This document shows, piece after piece, positions 1 to 8,614 of a stretch of 44,352 nt of DNA. This DNA comes from a virus (taxonomy: Duplodnaviria > Caudoviricetes). Position 1 is the stretch's first letter. Each line of letters starts with the position of its first letter. The notes under the pieces are model-generated. The model made no database searches, had not been told where the DNA came from, and worked only from the letters and a program-made list of their open reading frames with translations. The position numbers were made by a program, and so were the translations under genes. Where the stretch lies: IMG/VR virus record IMGVR_UViG_3300032247_000719, positions 1-44,352 of that record. One strand, 5' to 3'.

Positions 1-168
1 ATCCGGGGACTGAGGATACCCAGTAGTACTACGAATAACCTTTAGCCCAGTCCAGTTAATTTGATTACTTGGCTTTTCCCAGCTAACGTGGTTAACTAAA
101 TAGTTGGATGGCTGTGCATCCATAGATGCTTTGTAAAGAGGGTCCACTAAAGATAGCGGGGTTGCCAT
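1..168 (-). CDS. Partial CDS (runs off left edge), probable baseplate wedge/FN3-like virion protein
   Basis: Not in ORF track. ATG at 168 overlaps the upstream stop (TAATG). Open to position 1: MATPLSLVDPLYKASMDAQPSNYLVNHVSWEKPSNQINWTGLKVIRSTTGYPQSPD. W..P...W..L.VIR.TTGYP..P resembles FN3-like virion domains; lies after baseplate J. Confidence 0.65.
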   Translation of the reverse strand, partial: MATPLSLVDPLYKASMDAQPSNYLVNHVSWEKPSNQINWTGLKVIRSTTGYPQSPD

Positions 169-1865
169 TAGAACCCCCCATTACCATTAAGAGTAATGTA
201 TGTGTCTTCGTATACAGGCACTTCATCTACTCCGCAGGAGAAGTCTCTAGAACCAGGGGTAGTGCCACCCGCTCCGGTAGTAATAATAACTGCAGTAGTA
301 GCAATAGATGCGCCAAGTGCACTAGAAAAAGTTATTGTATTTGTAGAAGTAGACCCATTAGCTGTAACATTAGAGATAATAGCTCCAACAGCTCCATGCG
401 TAGTGCTACCTCCTACAGAGTAAATCTTAGATCCAACAAATACACCGCAAGCGCTAGTCGCAACAGTAGCTGATGTAGCTCCGCTTGCAGCTGTAACTGA
501 TAGCGTTGCTGTTTCTGTGTACAAGCCGCTATCTAAGTTAGGGTTTTTAGAAAGCTTTTCATAGTCGTTGATAGTTACATACATAACTCCATCTACTGAT
601 TTACATGTAGAGTAGATATCTCCTTCAGTAACTAGGTCATTAAAAGTTACATTATCAAAAGAGAATAAAGAGTATAAAGCATCTCTAACCGCATTAACTA
701 CATTATCTTTGCTATAAGTAGGTGCAACCTGTACATCAATGTTTAGATATGGGTAAGCTTTTTGGTAATCGTAAACTGATAATGCTGTACTAGGAGGGGT
801 CTTTCCTGTAAAGTAAGATGCCACATTAGCCTTTAGGCCTGATGTTAACGCATTCCCATCAGAAGAAGCTACGTAAAGAGCGACCGATCCAAAACCTGTG
901 GAGATCGCATTAGCCTTGGCAATTCCCCCCACCTTCAAAGCCAATGCACTATAGTCAGACAAAGAAACCGCTCTATTTAAAGCACGTAGCGAGGTCGTAG
1001 CGTTAAGTCTAATAGAGTCTGTAGACTCTTCATTAGCCCCACCACTAAACGCTGCGGAGTTACTCGCGGTAAATCCAGTAGCATCAATAGTTGCTATGTC
1101 CCCCGCTGCGATGTTACCTTCACTAGAAGGAGTATCTGTGTATCGGTAGGTAGCTGTAATAGAGGAGCCTGTAGGAGGTAGCTTGCCTGATACGCCGTCA
1201 CCAAATTGTACCCAAGTCTTTCCAGCACCATCTGTGTAGGCAGAGTAAACGGTATCGGTAGATGTGTAATCAATAAGGTAGTCTACCTTAGTGTACTGCA
1301 CGCTACCTACAGTTACAGCAATATTTGAAGAGCTATTAATAAATACGCCGGTATTAGCCAGTGAGTACTTTTGGCTCTTAGTTCCATCAGATGTTCCTAG
1401 AGTCTCACCGCTTATTCGGATGCCCTGTGTAACATTAACTACAGCTGTTGCGCCAGAGGCTACGGTAGATGCGGTATCTGTAGTATAAGATACACCGGTA
1501 TTAGACTTAACTACAGAGTACTGAGGAGCAGTAGCAGACGCAGTACCGGTGTTCTTAATGGTAATAGTTCCGGTAGCTGGAACAATGCCACTAGGGGTAT
1601 ACCCAAGAAGCTTAGCTAGATTAATAACGGTATCTCGCTGCGTAGCGGTATTAATAAAGGCCTCATTGGCTGCACGGTCAACCTGGTAATTGATAAGGTC
1701 ACCTACATAAGCAAACAGCTCAAGAAGCACAATACCAAAGTCGCTTGAATCACGGGAGGTCCACTGTGGAGCAAAGTTAGGAATAAGAGCAAGAAGGTCA
1801 GAACGAATAGATGTGTAATCTCTAGACGTGTAGTCTACTTGCGGTTGGTATAACTCGTCAGCCAT
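168..1865 (-). CDS. Baseplate wedge protein (baseplate J / T4 gp6-like)
   Basis: N-terminal DYTSRDYTSIR...WT...SDFGIVLLELFAYVGD..NYQVDRAANEAFI.TA; later QFGDGVSGK.P and GGA..ES.D.IR...RAVS..DY motifs. Confidence 0.92.
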   Translation of the reverse strand: MADELYQPQVDYTSRDYTSIRSDLLALIPNFAPQWTSRDSSDFGIVLLELFAYVGDLINYQVDRAANEAFINTATQRDTVINLAKLLGYTPSGIVPATGTITIKNTGTASATAPQYSVVKSNTGVSYTTDTASTVASGATAVVNVTQGIRISGETLGTSDGTKSQKYSLANTGVFINSSSNIAVTVGSVQYTKVDYLIDYTSTDTVYSAYTDGAGKTWVQFGDGVSGKLPPTGSSITATYRYTDTPSSEGNIAAGDIATIDATGFTASNSAAFSGGANEESTDSIRLNATTSLRALNRAVSLSDYSALALKVGGIAKANAISTGFGSVALYVASSDGNALTSGLKANVASYFTGKTPPSTALSVYDYQKAYPYLNIDVQVAPTYSKDNVVNAVRDALYSLFSFDNVTFNDLVTEGDIYSTCKSVDGVMYVTINDYEKLSKNPNLDSGLYTETATLSVTAASGATSATVATSACGVFVGSKIYSVGGSTTHGAVGAIISNVTANGSTSTNTITFSSALGASIATTAVIITTGAGGTTPGSRDFSCGVDEVPVYEDTYITLNGNGGF

Positions 1866-2301
1866 TCTGTGAGCTCCTCAACAGTTCTGTGTATCTATCA
1901 GGTGTTCCACCAGATATTGTAAGGGATTCAGTAGATACCTTTACGGTGTCCACATCCCCAGATGGGATCTTATAGGTCAGGTCTAGCATAACTGCCCCAG
2001 TGCGCTCGTCAAAGCTAGCTGCGACATCAAGCAGGGTTACCTCAGGTACCCAAGAAGCAAAGACCTGGTTTATCGCATACCTAGCGTCCTCAACCGCTAC
2101 GGAGTACGGTTCAAAGAGTAGGTCAGATAAATTTGCTCCATAATTATGATACCAGATACGCTCGTTAGTCCCTGTGGAAAGTAGGGTCCTGATTTTATCT
2201 CGGTATACTTGAGGGTCATTATCTTCAATAACATCAGCTTTACCGTACTGTGTAAGGTTAAAAGGTAATGAAATAACATACTTCTTAATAATATCAGCCA
2301 T
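1858..2301 (-). CDS. Baseplate wedge gp25/GpW-like protein
   Basis: ISLPF...LLST..NERIW...YGA.L..LLFEP...WVPEV pattern. Start moved to ATG 2301 (TAATG overlap with upstream stop). Confidence 0.88.
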   Translation of the reverse strand: MADIIKKYVISLPFNLTQYGKADVIEDNDPQVYRDKIRTLLSTGTNERIWYHNYGANLSDLLFEPYSVAVEDARYAINQVFASWVPEVTLLDVAASFDERTGAVMLDLTYKIPSGDVDTVKVSTESLTISGGTPDRYTELLRSSQNG

Positions 2302-3032
2302 TAAAATGCTCCTAGCCATAGTGGGAAATTGGGGTCTCCGCCTTCAAACATTACCCAGCAACCATCCCCAGATACAGGCAAAAATCCTCCAACAAGAGTT
2401 GCAGTTACTGCAAATGAAGGGGTTGCGGGTACTACTGAGTCTGCAGGTTGAGCAAGTAATTGGATAGCAGTGTCTGTTCCTCGCCACCAAAACTGTAGGT
2501 AGTCTCCTGCTTCAACTGTTAGTACATAGTTCCAAGCAATAATTTGAGGGGTAGCATTAGCGTCACCATTAATAGATACGCTGCCATTACTTCTTAAAAC
2601 ATTTTGAGCTGGAAGGCTTCCATTTAGTTTAAGCCAAACATCTGCAGTATCATTACCCTTGTTCGTTCTTTGCAATTGAGCCGAAAACTGAATGTCATAT
2701 GTTCCAGCATTAGCAAAAGTAATTTTTGAGCCGTCAACAACAGATACTCTAAAAGCTTCTTCTATTGTATTAATAGTTACTACTTGAGGAGTATTAACTG
2801 CTGCAATGTTTTGAGTAGTTGAGTCACTAAAAGAACCATAAGGAGCTTTTTTATTTTCAGGTACCCCAATAATAGGCCATGCCCAACTAGTTACTGCTTT
2901 GCCTAATATCTGCGGAACTGTCAGCCTAACCCTACCTAGTCCTTTAGGGTCAGCTGTGTCAGTTACTACTCCTCTATAAATACCAAAGAAGCGCTTATCT
3001 TGTGGGTCTCCCGTGTAAATATCGTTATACAT
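2301..3032 (-). CDS. Baseplate spike Gp5/VgrG OB-fold protein with inserted jelly-roll (C1q/TNF-like) domain
   Basis: FFGIYRGVV.D..DP..LGRVRL.VP...WAWP and C-terminal P..GD.CWVMFEGGDPNFPLWLG are the two halves of the Gp5 OB fold, separated by ~160 aa. Confidence 0.85.
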   Translation of the reverse strand: MYNDIYTGDPQDKRFFGIYRGVVTDTADPKGLGRVRLTVPQILGKAVTSWAWPIIGVPENKKAPYGSFSDSTTQNIAAVNTPQVVTINTIEEAFRVSVVDGSKITFANAGTYDIQFSAQLQRTNKGNDTADVWLKLNGSLPAQNVLRSNGSVSINGDANATPQIIAWNYVLTVEAGDYLQFWWRGTDTAIQLLAQPADSVVPATPSFAVTATLVGGFLPVSGDGCWVMFEGGDPNFPLWLGAF

Positions 3033-4345
3033 TACGACCCCTTTCTCGCAATAGTTATAGAAGTCTTATTACTCTTAGCTACATACTCAGTAGTAGTCTG
3101 GCCATCAAAGACCCATAGATGAGGCTTAGTATATTTGTAGGCCGAGCCCTTACCTCTAAGAGTTATCTGGCTAATAGGATTTGAGTAATCCTCGGTACCA
3201 ACTGTAAGAGTAGACCTATTGCTATGAGGATAGTTCCTAGTGCCGGGAACTAACGCTCTTTGCCGTATAGCGCTTGGCTTTTCAAATTTAACGTTGTTCA
3301 AATGGTTTGCCGTGCTCAAAGAGTCTGTACCAACTTGTGCAAATGTTGTGTATGTATAGGTATTGTTGTTATCTGTTTGGGTGATGTGATGCTCCGTAGA
3401 GAGTACAACCCAATAACCATTATACAATTTATCCACACCGTCTAAGTATACAGGCATACCAGGCTCTACGCTAGGCGCTCCAATAACTCTGATGTGTGAT
3501 CGGTAGGGGAATCTATTACGTTCGTCAGCTGACTGCGCCTCATAAAAGGCTGCTATAGGGTCCGGGGCTACGGTGTCTGTAGCGTAGCTATCAAAGATCT
3601 CTGTGCTAGAAATTTGGCGTAGAGTCTCATTCCTAATTTTGTTAGTTACCAGAGACATCTCGATAGTGTATGGGTCAACGCCACCAACCTGTACGGCGGA
3701 CTTATAGGCATCAGAAAACTTAACGCTTTCTCCCAGTATAAGGTTAAAGGAGTAAAGGGTTGAGCCCTTAGGGTCGTTAGCATTACGCATCTCGAAGGAC
3801 TCTGCGCTACCCCGGTGTAGGTTGTAATCAGTAGTTGGCTTCTTAAACTTTATAGTAGTATTATCTACGCGGAAGATAAAGCCGCACTGCTGAGCTAGTC
3901 TTGCTAATAGTTGAAAGTCGCTGATGCCCGGCTGAACAACCTGTGGATAAACTCGAGGATGAGAGTCAGCCTCTACCTTAAAGCCATATTCCTTAGCAAT
4001 AGTCTTAACAATATGTGTAGCTGTAGTATTCTCAAAGACCCGCTGCTTAGCCTGCTTCATCCTATAGGAAGCGCCAATAACCGTAATAGTAGCTGTTCTC
4101 TTACCAGGAGTAATTTCGGGCTTGATATCGTAGATATATCCTACAAAATCTTTTCCCGGGCCCTGTCCAATCAAGCTACACTTTACAGGATCTCCCGGCT
4201 TTATATTCTCGTACTGCACATCCCAATCCCTAAAGGTAATGGTTGCGATGTCGTGGGTATACCTAGCCTGCCTTAGGACAAACGAAAGTGCCCGCTTAGG
4301 CGCTACTTGCGCAAGCGGGAATTCGATTGACAGGTTATTAAGCAC
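3032..4345 (-). CDS. Baseplate hub protein (gp27/GpD late-control-D-like)
   Basis: Q.GISDFQLLARLAQQCGF motif, G.P.V.PG..V.L.G....Y.G.W.V..TEH motif; between LysM and Gp5 genes. Confidence 0.85.
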   Translation of the reverse strand: MLNNLSIEFPLAQVAPKRALSFVLRQARYTHDIATITFRDWDVQYENIKPGDPVKCSLIGQGPGKDFVGYIYDIKPEITPGKRTATITVIGASYRMKQAKQRVFENTTATHIVKTIAKEYGFKVEADSHPRVYPQVVQPGISDFQLLARLAQQCGFIFRVDNTTIKFKKPTTDYNLHRGSAESFEMRNANDPKGSTLYSFNLILGESVKFSDAYKSAVQVGGVDPYTIEMSLVTNKIRNETLRQISSTEIFDSYATDTVAPDPIAAFYEAQSADERNRFPYRSHIRVIGAPSVEPGMPVYLDGVDKLYNGYWVVLSTEHHITQTDNNNTYTYTTFAQVGTDSLSTANHLNNVKFEKPSAIRQRALVPGTRNYPHSNRSTLTVGTEDYSNPISQITLRGKGSAYKYTKPHLWVFDGQTTTEYVAKSNKTSITIARKGS

Positions 4346-4619
4346 TCGGAATCCTAAGCAAAGTATTATTAGGGATGCGAGTAATATCTGTTACTTCAGG
4401 GTTGTACTCAACAATAGTCCACCATAGAGATGGGGTATGGAAGTATCGTTGAGATAAGGCGTGAAGCGTTTCACCCGTTTGGTAGGTGTGGTAAAAGAAG
4501 GACGCATCAGATAGATTATCAAACTCATACCTAACGATAGGGTAGGTAGTACCGCCCTCCGTCTTTCGGAAGTAATCTACGATAGAGCTTTCATAACGAG
4601 AGCCAGAGTTAATAGCCAT
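4338..4619 (-). CDS. LysM/tail-X-like baseplate protein
   Basis: GETL..LS.RY...P.LWW.I.E.NP......IP....LRIP. Confidence 0.85.
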   Translation of the reverse strand: MAINSGSRYESSIVDYFRKTEGGTTYPIVRYEFDNLSDASFFYHTYQTGETLHALSQRYFHTPSLWWTIVEYNPEVTDITRIPNNTLLRIPSA

Positions 4620-5542
4620 TACTTATTCACCACCGCAGATGTAGCTAGGCCAGCAGTAGCCATCAAGTTAAAGCCAATGCTAACGTCAGTAGTAATTGGA
4701 ATCATTCCCTTAGAGAAGTTCTTATGAGTAATCTGCAGGTTGTTAACGTAGCCGATGTAACTAACGGGGCCCAGATCAATTCTAAGAATAGTTGGGCTCA
4801 AGAACCCGATGTCAGAACTCTCTCGACCAGTTGCTTGGTTAACCCAGCCGGGTCCGTTAATAGCTTTGTATAGGTACTCAACGTCAGCAAGTGTGCCGTA
4901 CTTCTGAAGGTCTTGAATCTTACGCTCAAATGTAGACGAGAAGCCCTTATCAAAGGAGTTAGCTGGGTCATAGAACTTATTAGTAGCGTAGTACTTAGCT
5001 AGTCTTTCGTAGGTCGTAGTCGCTTGACTATTAGACCCGGAACCTAAGGCGCTCTTAGGAATAGACTTAATACAAGAAAAGTCATTAGTTCTATCGATAG
5101 TAATAGTAACAGATAGCATCTCACCACTAGGAAACGCCCCCGCGACATCCACAAACTTATCAGCAAATGACGGGGTAATAGACATGTTCATAGCAACAGA
5201 GGTAGTGAAGCTCTCCGGGTTCCACAAGAACTGGAAGCCATACCGTGGGTCATTGTTATCACCGGCATTGTACTTGTTACTACCTAGATAAGCGTTGTCT
5301 GTTCTTGCATACCAGTAAACGCGTCCACGACGGTACCTATGTGAAGAGCCGATCATGTACTTATCACTAGCTACAACAAGTTCATTGTCCACTAAGGATG
5401 GCTCTACCGGCATACTCCACTTGTGTGGTGGTAGGTTCCACTGATAACCACTAAGTCCTAGAGGAGACCTCGGAACTACCTTGCCATCTACAGTGGTCTG
5501 GTTACCCGTTTGAGTTCTAACATGTGAGCTTACATTTCCCAT
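4619..5542 (-). CDS. Probable tail tube initiator / baseplate-tube junction protein
   Basis: GFQFLWNPES...; Y.GY...L.I.H..F...MIP..T.V.I.F motif typical of tube-fold initiators; between tape measure and LysM genes. Confidence 0.6.
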   Translation of the reverse strand: MGNVSSHVRTQTGNQTTVDGKVVPRSPLGLSGYQWNLPPHKWSMPVEPSLVDNELVVASDKYMIGSSHRYRRGRVYWYARTDNAYLGSNKYNAGDNNDPRYGFQFLWNPESFTTSVAMNMSITPSFADKFVDVAGAFPSGEMLSVTITIDRTNDFSCIKSIPKSALGSGSNSQATTTYERLAKYYATNKFYDPANSFDKGFSSTFERKIQDLQKYGTLADVEYLYKAINGPGWVNQATGRESSDIGFLSPTILRIDLGPVSYIGYVNNLQITHKNFSKGMIPITTDVSIGFNLMATAGLATSAVVNK

Positions 5543-5547
5543 TATTC

Positions 5548-7011
5548 CTACCTAAACGCATCTAAGAAAGCTGATGAGTATGCATAAGGATCTGCTCCAG
5601 GAGGGGCAGACACGTTAATAGTAATAGCCCCAGTAAACTGAGGGCCTACCGTACTAGCTGCAGACGCAGGTGAATTAGCTGAGGCATACGGAACAGACTC
5701 AACACCAGAGGCTAACATTCGATCCGGAGTTTTACCGATACCTCCAACGTAACCACCTAAGGCAAGGGCAGTTAACCCACCCGCCCATTGGCCTTTATAC
5801 TCGCCCTGACCCCAAGCTTTTGCCTTTTTCTTATCACTTAAGTTATCCCATGCGCCGCTATTTCTAAGCTCTTTTGTTCCAAGCCAACCTCCAATAGAAC
5901 CTGCTTTACCTAGCATATCGTATAGAGCTAGGCCACCAGCACCGCCTCTAGCTCCTGAAAACTGAGTTAGTGCAGTTCCTATTTGAGCAGCTGGGTTCAT
6001 AATATTTGACGTTGCGTCTTTGGCTAACATTCCATAAATTGATTGCAAAAAGTTGTTAGCTCCAACAGAAGCTCCAGCAGTAACATCTGTGTACTTTTCA
6101 ATCATAGCTTGCTCGCTATAATTTCTAAGTGCGCTAGATCGAATAAGCTCTACCGATCCACCGGTATCAATCATAGATTTTTTATTGCCGGTTGCGTTAA
6201 GTGGAGACCCAGTCTTTACTCTTTGAATAAGGCCAGATGTTAATACTGACCGCATATTCATATCGTTACCTGCGATCTGAGTCAACATGCTATCTAAGGC
6301 ATTACCTGGCATTAATGACACAGCTAAATCCTGTGCGTTAATGCTTCCATTATTTCTTGTTAACAGTGAATAGAGCTGCTCAATAATAGTTGGAAGATCT
6401 TGCATAGATGTTCCATCACCACTTCTAACTTGAACGCCAAGCATACGAAGTAAGTTTACGGTAGGGGCTTTATTAAGACCGGCCATAACACCAACGCCAC
6501 CAGTTAAACCGATACCAGGAGTAAGGTTAGATGCTAAAGCGGCGCCGCCCAAGATACCAGCAAATGGGGTACTACCAGCTCCTGGAGCAAAGTTAGATAA
6601 GCCAGGACCAATACCTGATGCCTGCGCTGCATTAATAGCGCTTAGAATATCCCCGGGGGTCATAGGAGTACCAATACGCATAGTCTTATTCATCATAGAA
6701 TAATTTGATGCGTTTGCTGCACTAATGCCACCGGGAGATGTCGTAATACCAGGTTGGTAAAAGCGCATCCTGCTTACTATTTGTTGAGTAGAGAGGGCCT
6801 CATCAACGCTGGGTAAGAAGGCAGCGGCTGTCATATATGTTTTAGCCGCTCCACCAAGGAGACCATATATGGTGTTACCACCACGAGTAACAGGGTCTAC
6901 ATAACGGTTGTTTACATCACTAGGAAGAGGCTGGAAAGGTCCTGGCCCAGGAGTAAAAGGGCCAGGCTGCTGACCGCCAAACATATTTCTTAAAGAGTCA
7001 GCTAAGCCCAT
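5548..7011 (-). CDS. Probable tape measure protein (short, 487 aa)
   Basis: Gly/Ala-rich, low charge; follows the tail chaperone genes; C-terminal ITINVSAP motif common at TMP ends. Confidence 0.65.
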   Translation of the reverse strand: MGLADSLRNMFGGQQPGPFTPGPGPFQPLPSDVNNRYVDPVTRGGNTIYGLLGGAAKTYMTAAAFLPSVDEALSTQQIVSRMRFYQPGITTSPGGISAANASNYSMMNKTMRIGTPMTPGDILSAINAAQASGIGPGLSNFAPGAGSTPFAGILGGAALASNLTPGIGLTGGVGVMAGLNKAPTVNLLRMLGVQVRSGDGTSMQDLPTIIEQLYSLLTRNNGSINAQDLAVSLMPGNALDSMLTQIAGNDMNMRSVLTSGLIQRVKTGSPLNATGNKKSMIDTGGSVELIRSSALRNYSEQAMIEKYTDVTAGASVGANNFLQSIYGMLAKDATSNIMNPAAQIGTALTQFSGARGGAGGLALYDMLGKAGSIGGWLGTKELRNSGAWDNLSDKKKAKAWGQGEYKGQWAGGLTALALGGYVGGIGKTPDRMLASGVESVPYASANSPASAASTVGPQFTGAITINVSAPPGADPYAYSSAFLDAFR

Positions 7012-7180
7012 TTACAGCCTCCATAGTTCTTATAGCTCGGTTAATCCAGTTCGATCGTTCTCTACTAGATAGACCTTTTATCTCTGATAAGGTAAATCCA
7101 GGGTAGTTATTAGTTAATGCCTCGTAAGAGTCCATTAATAACTCATAGTCTTTTTTGTTATATACGAAATAATTCAGCAA
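6998..7180 (-). CDS. Tail chaperone C-terminal ORF (GT-like), possibly reached by +1 frameshift
   Basis: Y.GFTLSEIK.LS.RER..W motif; overlaps end of upstream chaperone in +1 frame; TTG start without a clear RBS. Confidence 0.65.
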   Translation of the reverse strand: MLNYFVYNKKDYELLMDSYEALTNNYPGFTLSEIKGLSSRERSNWINRAIRTMEAVNGLS

Positions 7181-7955
7181 GACTTAGTGATAATACAAGC
7201 TCAGTACCACATGCCCCGCAAGCCTTCATCACCTCCGAGAGGCGTGGACCTGGAGAATGCTCCAGAAGCTTCTCGGATATTACCTGACGGTCCTTCATGT
7301 TTAGGCTTAGTGCAGTTTCTCTACCTAATGATGGGTCACCATTAATAGATACGATACATCCAGCTAGTAGCACCGTAGTAAACTCAGCAAATGACTTTCC
7401 ATCTACATCAGCTAGTTTCTTATTAGTCACTAAAGTAGGTAGGGTGATCATAGCCTCTCCCGCTTTGGTATCCACAGAAAACACTCGGTCATCCACAGGG
7501 TCGTCTAGCTTAACTACCTTTATGTCCTTCTCTAAGTTTAGAGTAAGCTCTACAGAGCCCTCACAGGTAGAGCAGTACGTTGCGTAAGATACGTCATTAC
7601 CAAAGGTTGCATTTCTAATAGCTAGAAGGATAGCATCTCTATCAGCAATCAGCATTCCATCTAGCTTTAGCTTGCTAGCTGGTACATCTCCGATACTTAC
7701 TAGACCACGCTTTAGAATTACATTCATAGCTGAGTTCACGGAGCTAGCTTTGGCGATAGCCTCTTCATCTAGCCCCGTGAGCTCTCTAACTTCAGCGGTA
7801 GTTGCAATGCTACCGTCATCCAAGAGAAAGCCTCCAGGAAGCTCAACAATTCCTGATGGAGGAAATGTTGTAACAACTTCTGTAGTTTCTGGTGTAGCGT
7901 TGAATAGGTCCGCTAGCTTTGAGATTTGAGTTGGGTCGTCTATTAGCTCGTTCAT
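7158..7955 (-). CDS. Tail assembly chaperone / T4 gp26-like hub assembly protein
   Basis: V.LPGG...AEVRELTG.DEE.I, DRDAILLAIR.ATFG, two CxxC pairs (CSTC, CGAC); RBS AAGGAG. Confidence 0.8.
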   Translation of the reverse strand: MNELIDDPTQISKLADLFNATPETTEVVTTFPPSGIVELPGGFLLDDGSIATTAEVRELTGLDEEAIAKASSVNSAMNVILKRGLVSIGDVPASKLKLDGMLIADRDAILLAIRNATFGNDVSYATYCSTCEGSVELTLNLEKDIKVVKLDDPVDDRVFSVDTKAGEAMITLPTLVTNKKLADVDGKSFAEFTTVLLAGCIVSINGDPSLGRETALSLNMKDRQVISEKLLEHSPGPRLSEVMKACGACGTELVLSLSLAELFRI

Positions 7956-7981
7956 TAGTTCTCCTTATAGTTATTGTTAAA

Positions 7982-8602
7982 TTAGAATCCCGCTGGCTTT
8001 ACCGATCCAGAAGCTGCGTTGCCCGTATCATCAAGCATAGCAATTGAAAGACCTTCGTGAGTCAAGGTGATAGTCTCGACAAAGATTCCTCCCTGACCAG
8101 CGTCTAGTGGGCTGTAGTCCAGGCTTGAGATCCAAGCATTCTGTACAAAGAAGCCCATTCTAGGAACGTTAGTCTTGCCCGATGCATTAGGGTGATCCAT
8201 CAGCTCAATAGTAACATTACAACGGAACCCATTAGCACCTGTGTCAGAAACGTTAAAGCCTTCAGCAGCAGAAGCGGCAAAGAGGCCGCGCATCCATGTG
8301 ATAGCGCTGTCGTTTCCGTATAGAGCACCTCTTGTCAAGGTAATCGGTGGGAACTGAGTCATGCCGGGTACATAATGAATAGTGGTGTTGTAGCCACCCT
8401 CACGGTAAGGGATAGGTTGAGTAGCAACACTCAGGCCGGAGATTGATGAGAAGCCACCACTAAAGCTGGTGATAGCGGAGTTAAATACCCCACCACCAGA
8501 TACAGGAGTGAACTTTGCCCGGAATCTAAACGACCGCATTGGGTCAGTCGTGATAGTTGACCGGGTATCAATAGTATTGATATTCTTACTGGATTCAGCC
8601 AT
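7982..8602 (-). CDS. Tail tube protein (T4 gp19-like)
   Basis: DP.R.FRF...GF..ISGL.......YREGG....H..PG...F.PITL.RG ... LDA......VETITL.HEG. Confidence 0.93.
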   Translation of the reverse strand: MAESSKNINTIDTRSTITTDPMRSFRFRAKFTPVSGGGVFNSAITSFSGGFSSISGLSVATQPIPYREGGYNTTIHYVPGMTQFPPITLTRGALYGNDSAITWMRGLFAASAAEGFNVSDTGANGFRCNVTIELMDHPNASGKTNVPRMGFFVQNAWISSLDYSPLDAGQGGIFVETITLTHEGLSIAMLDDTGNAASGSVKPAGF

Positions 8603-8614
8603 CTTTTAATCTCC

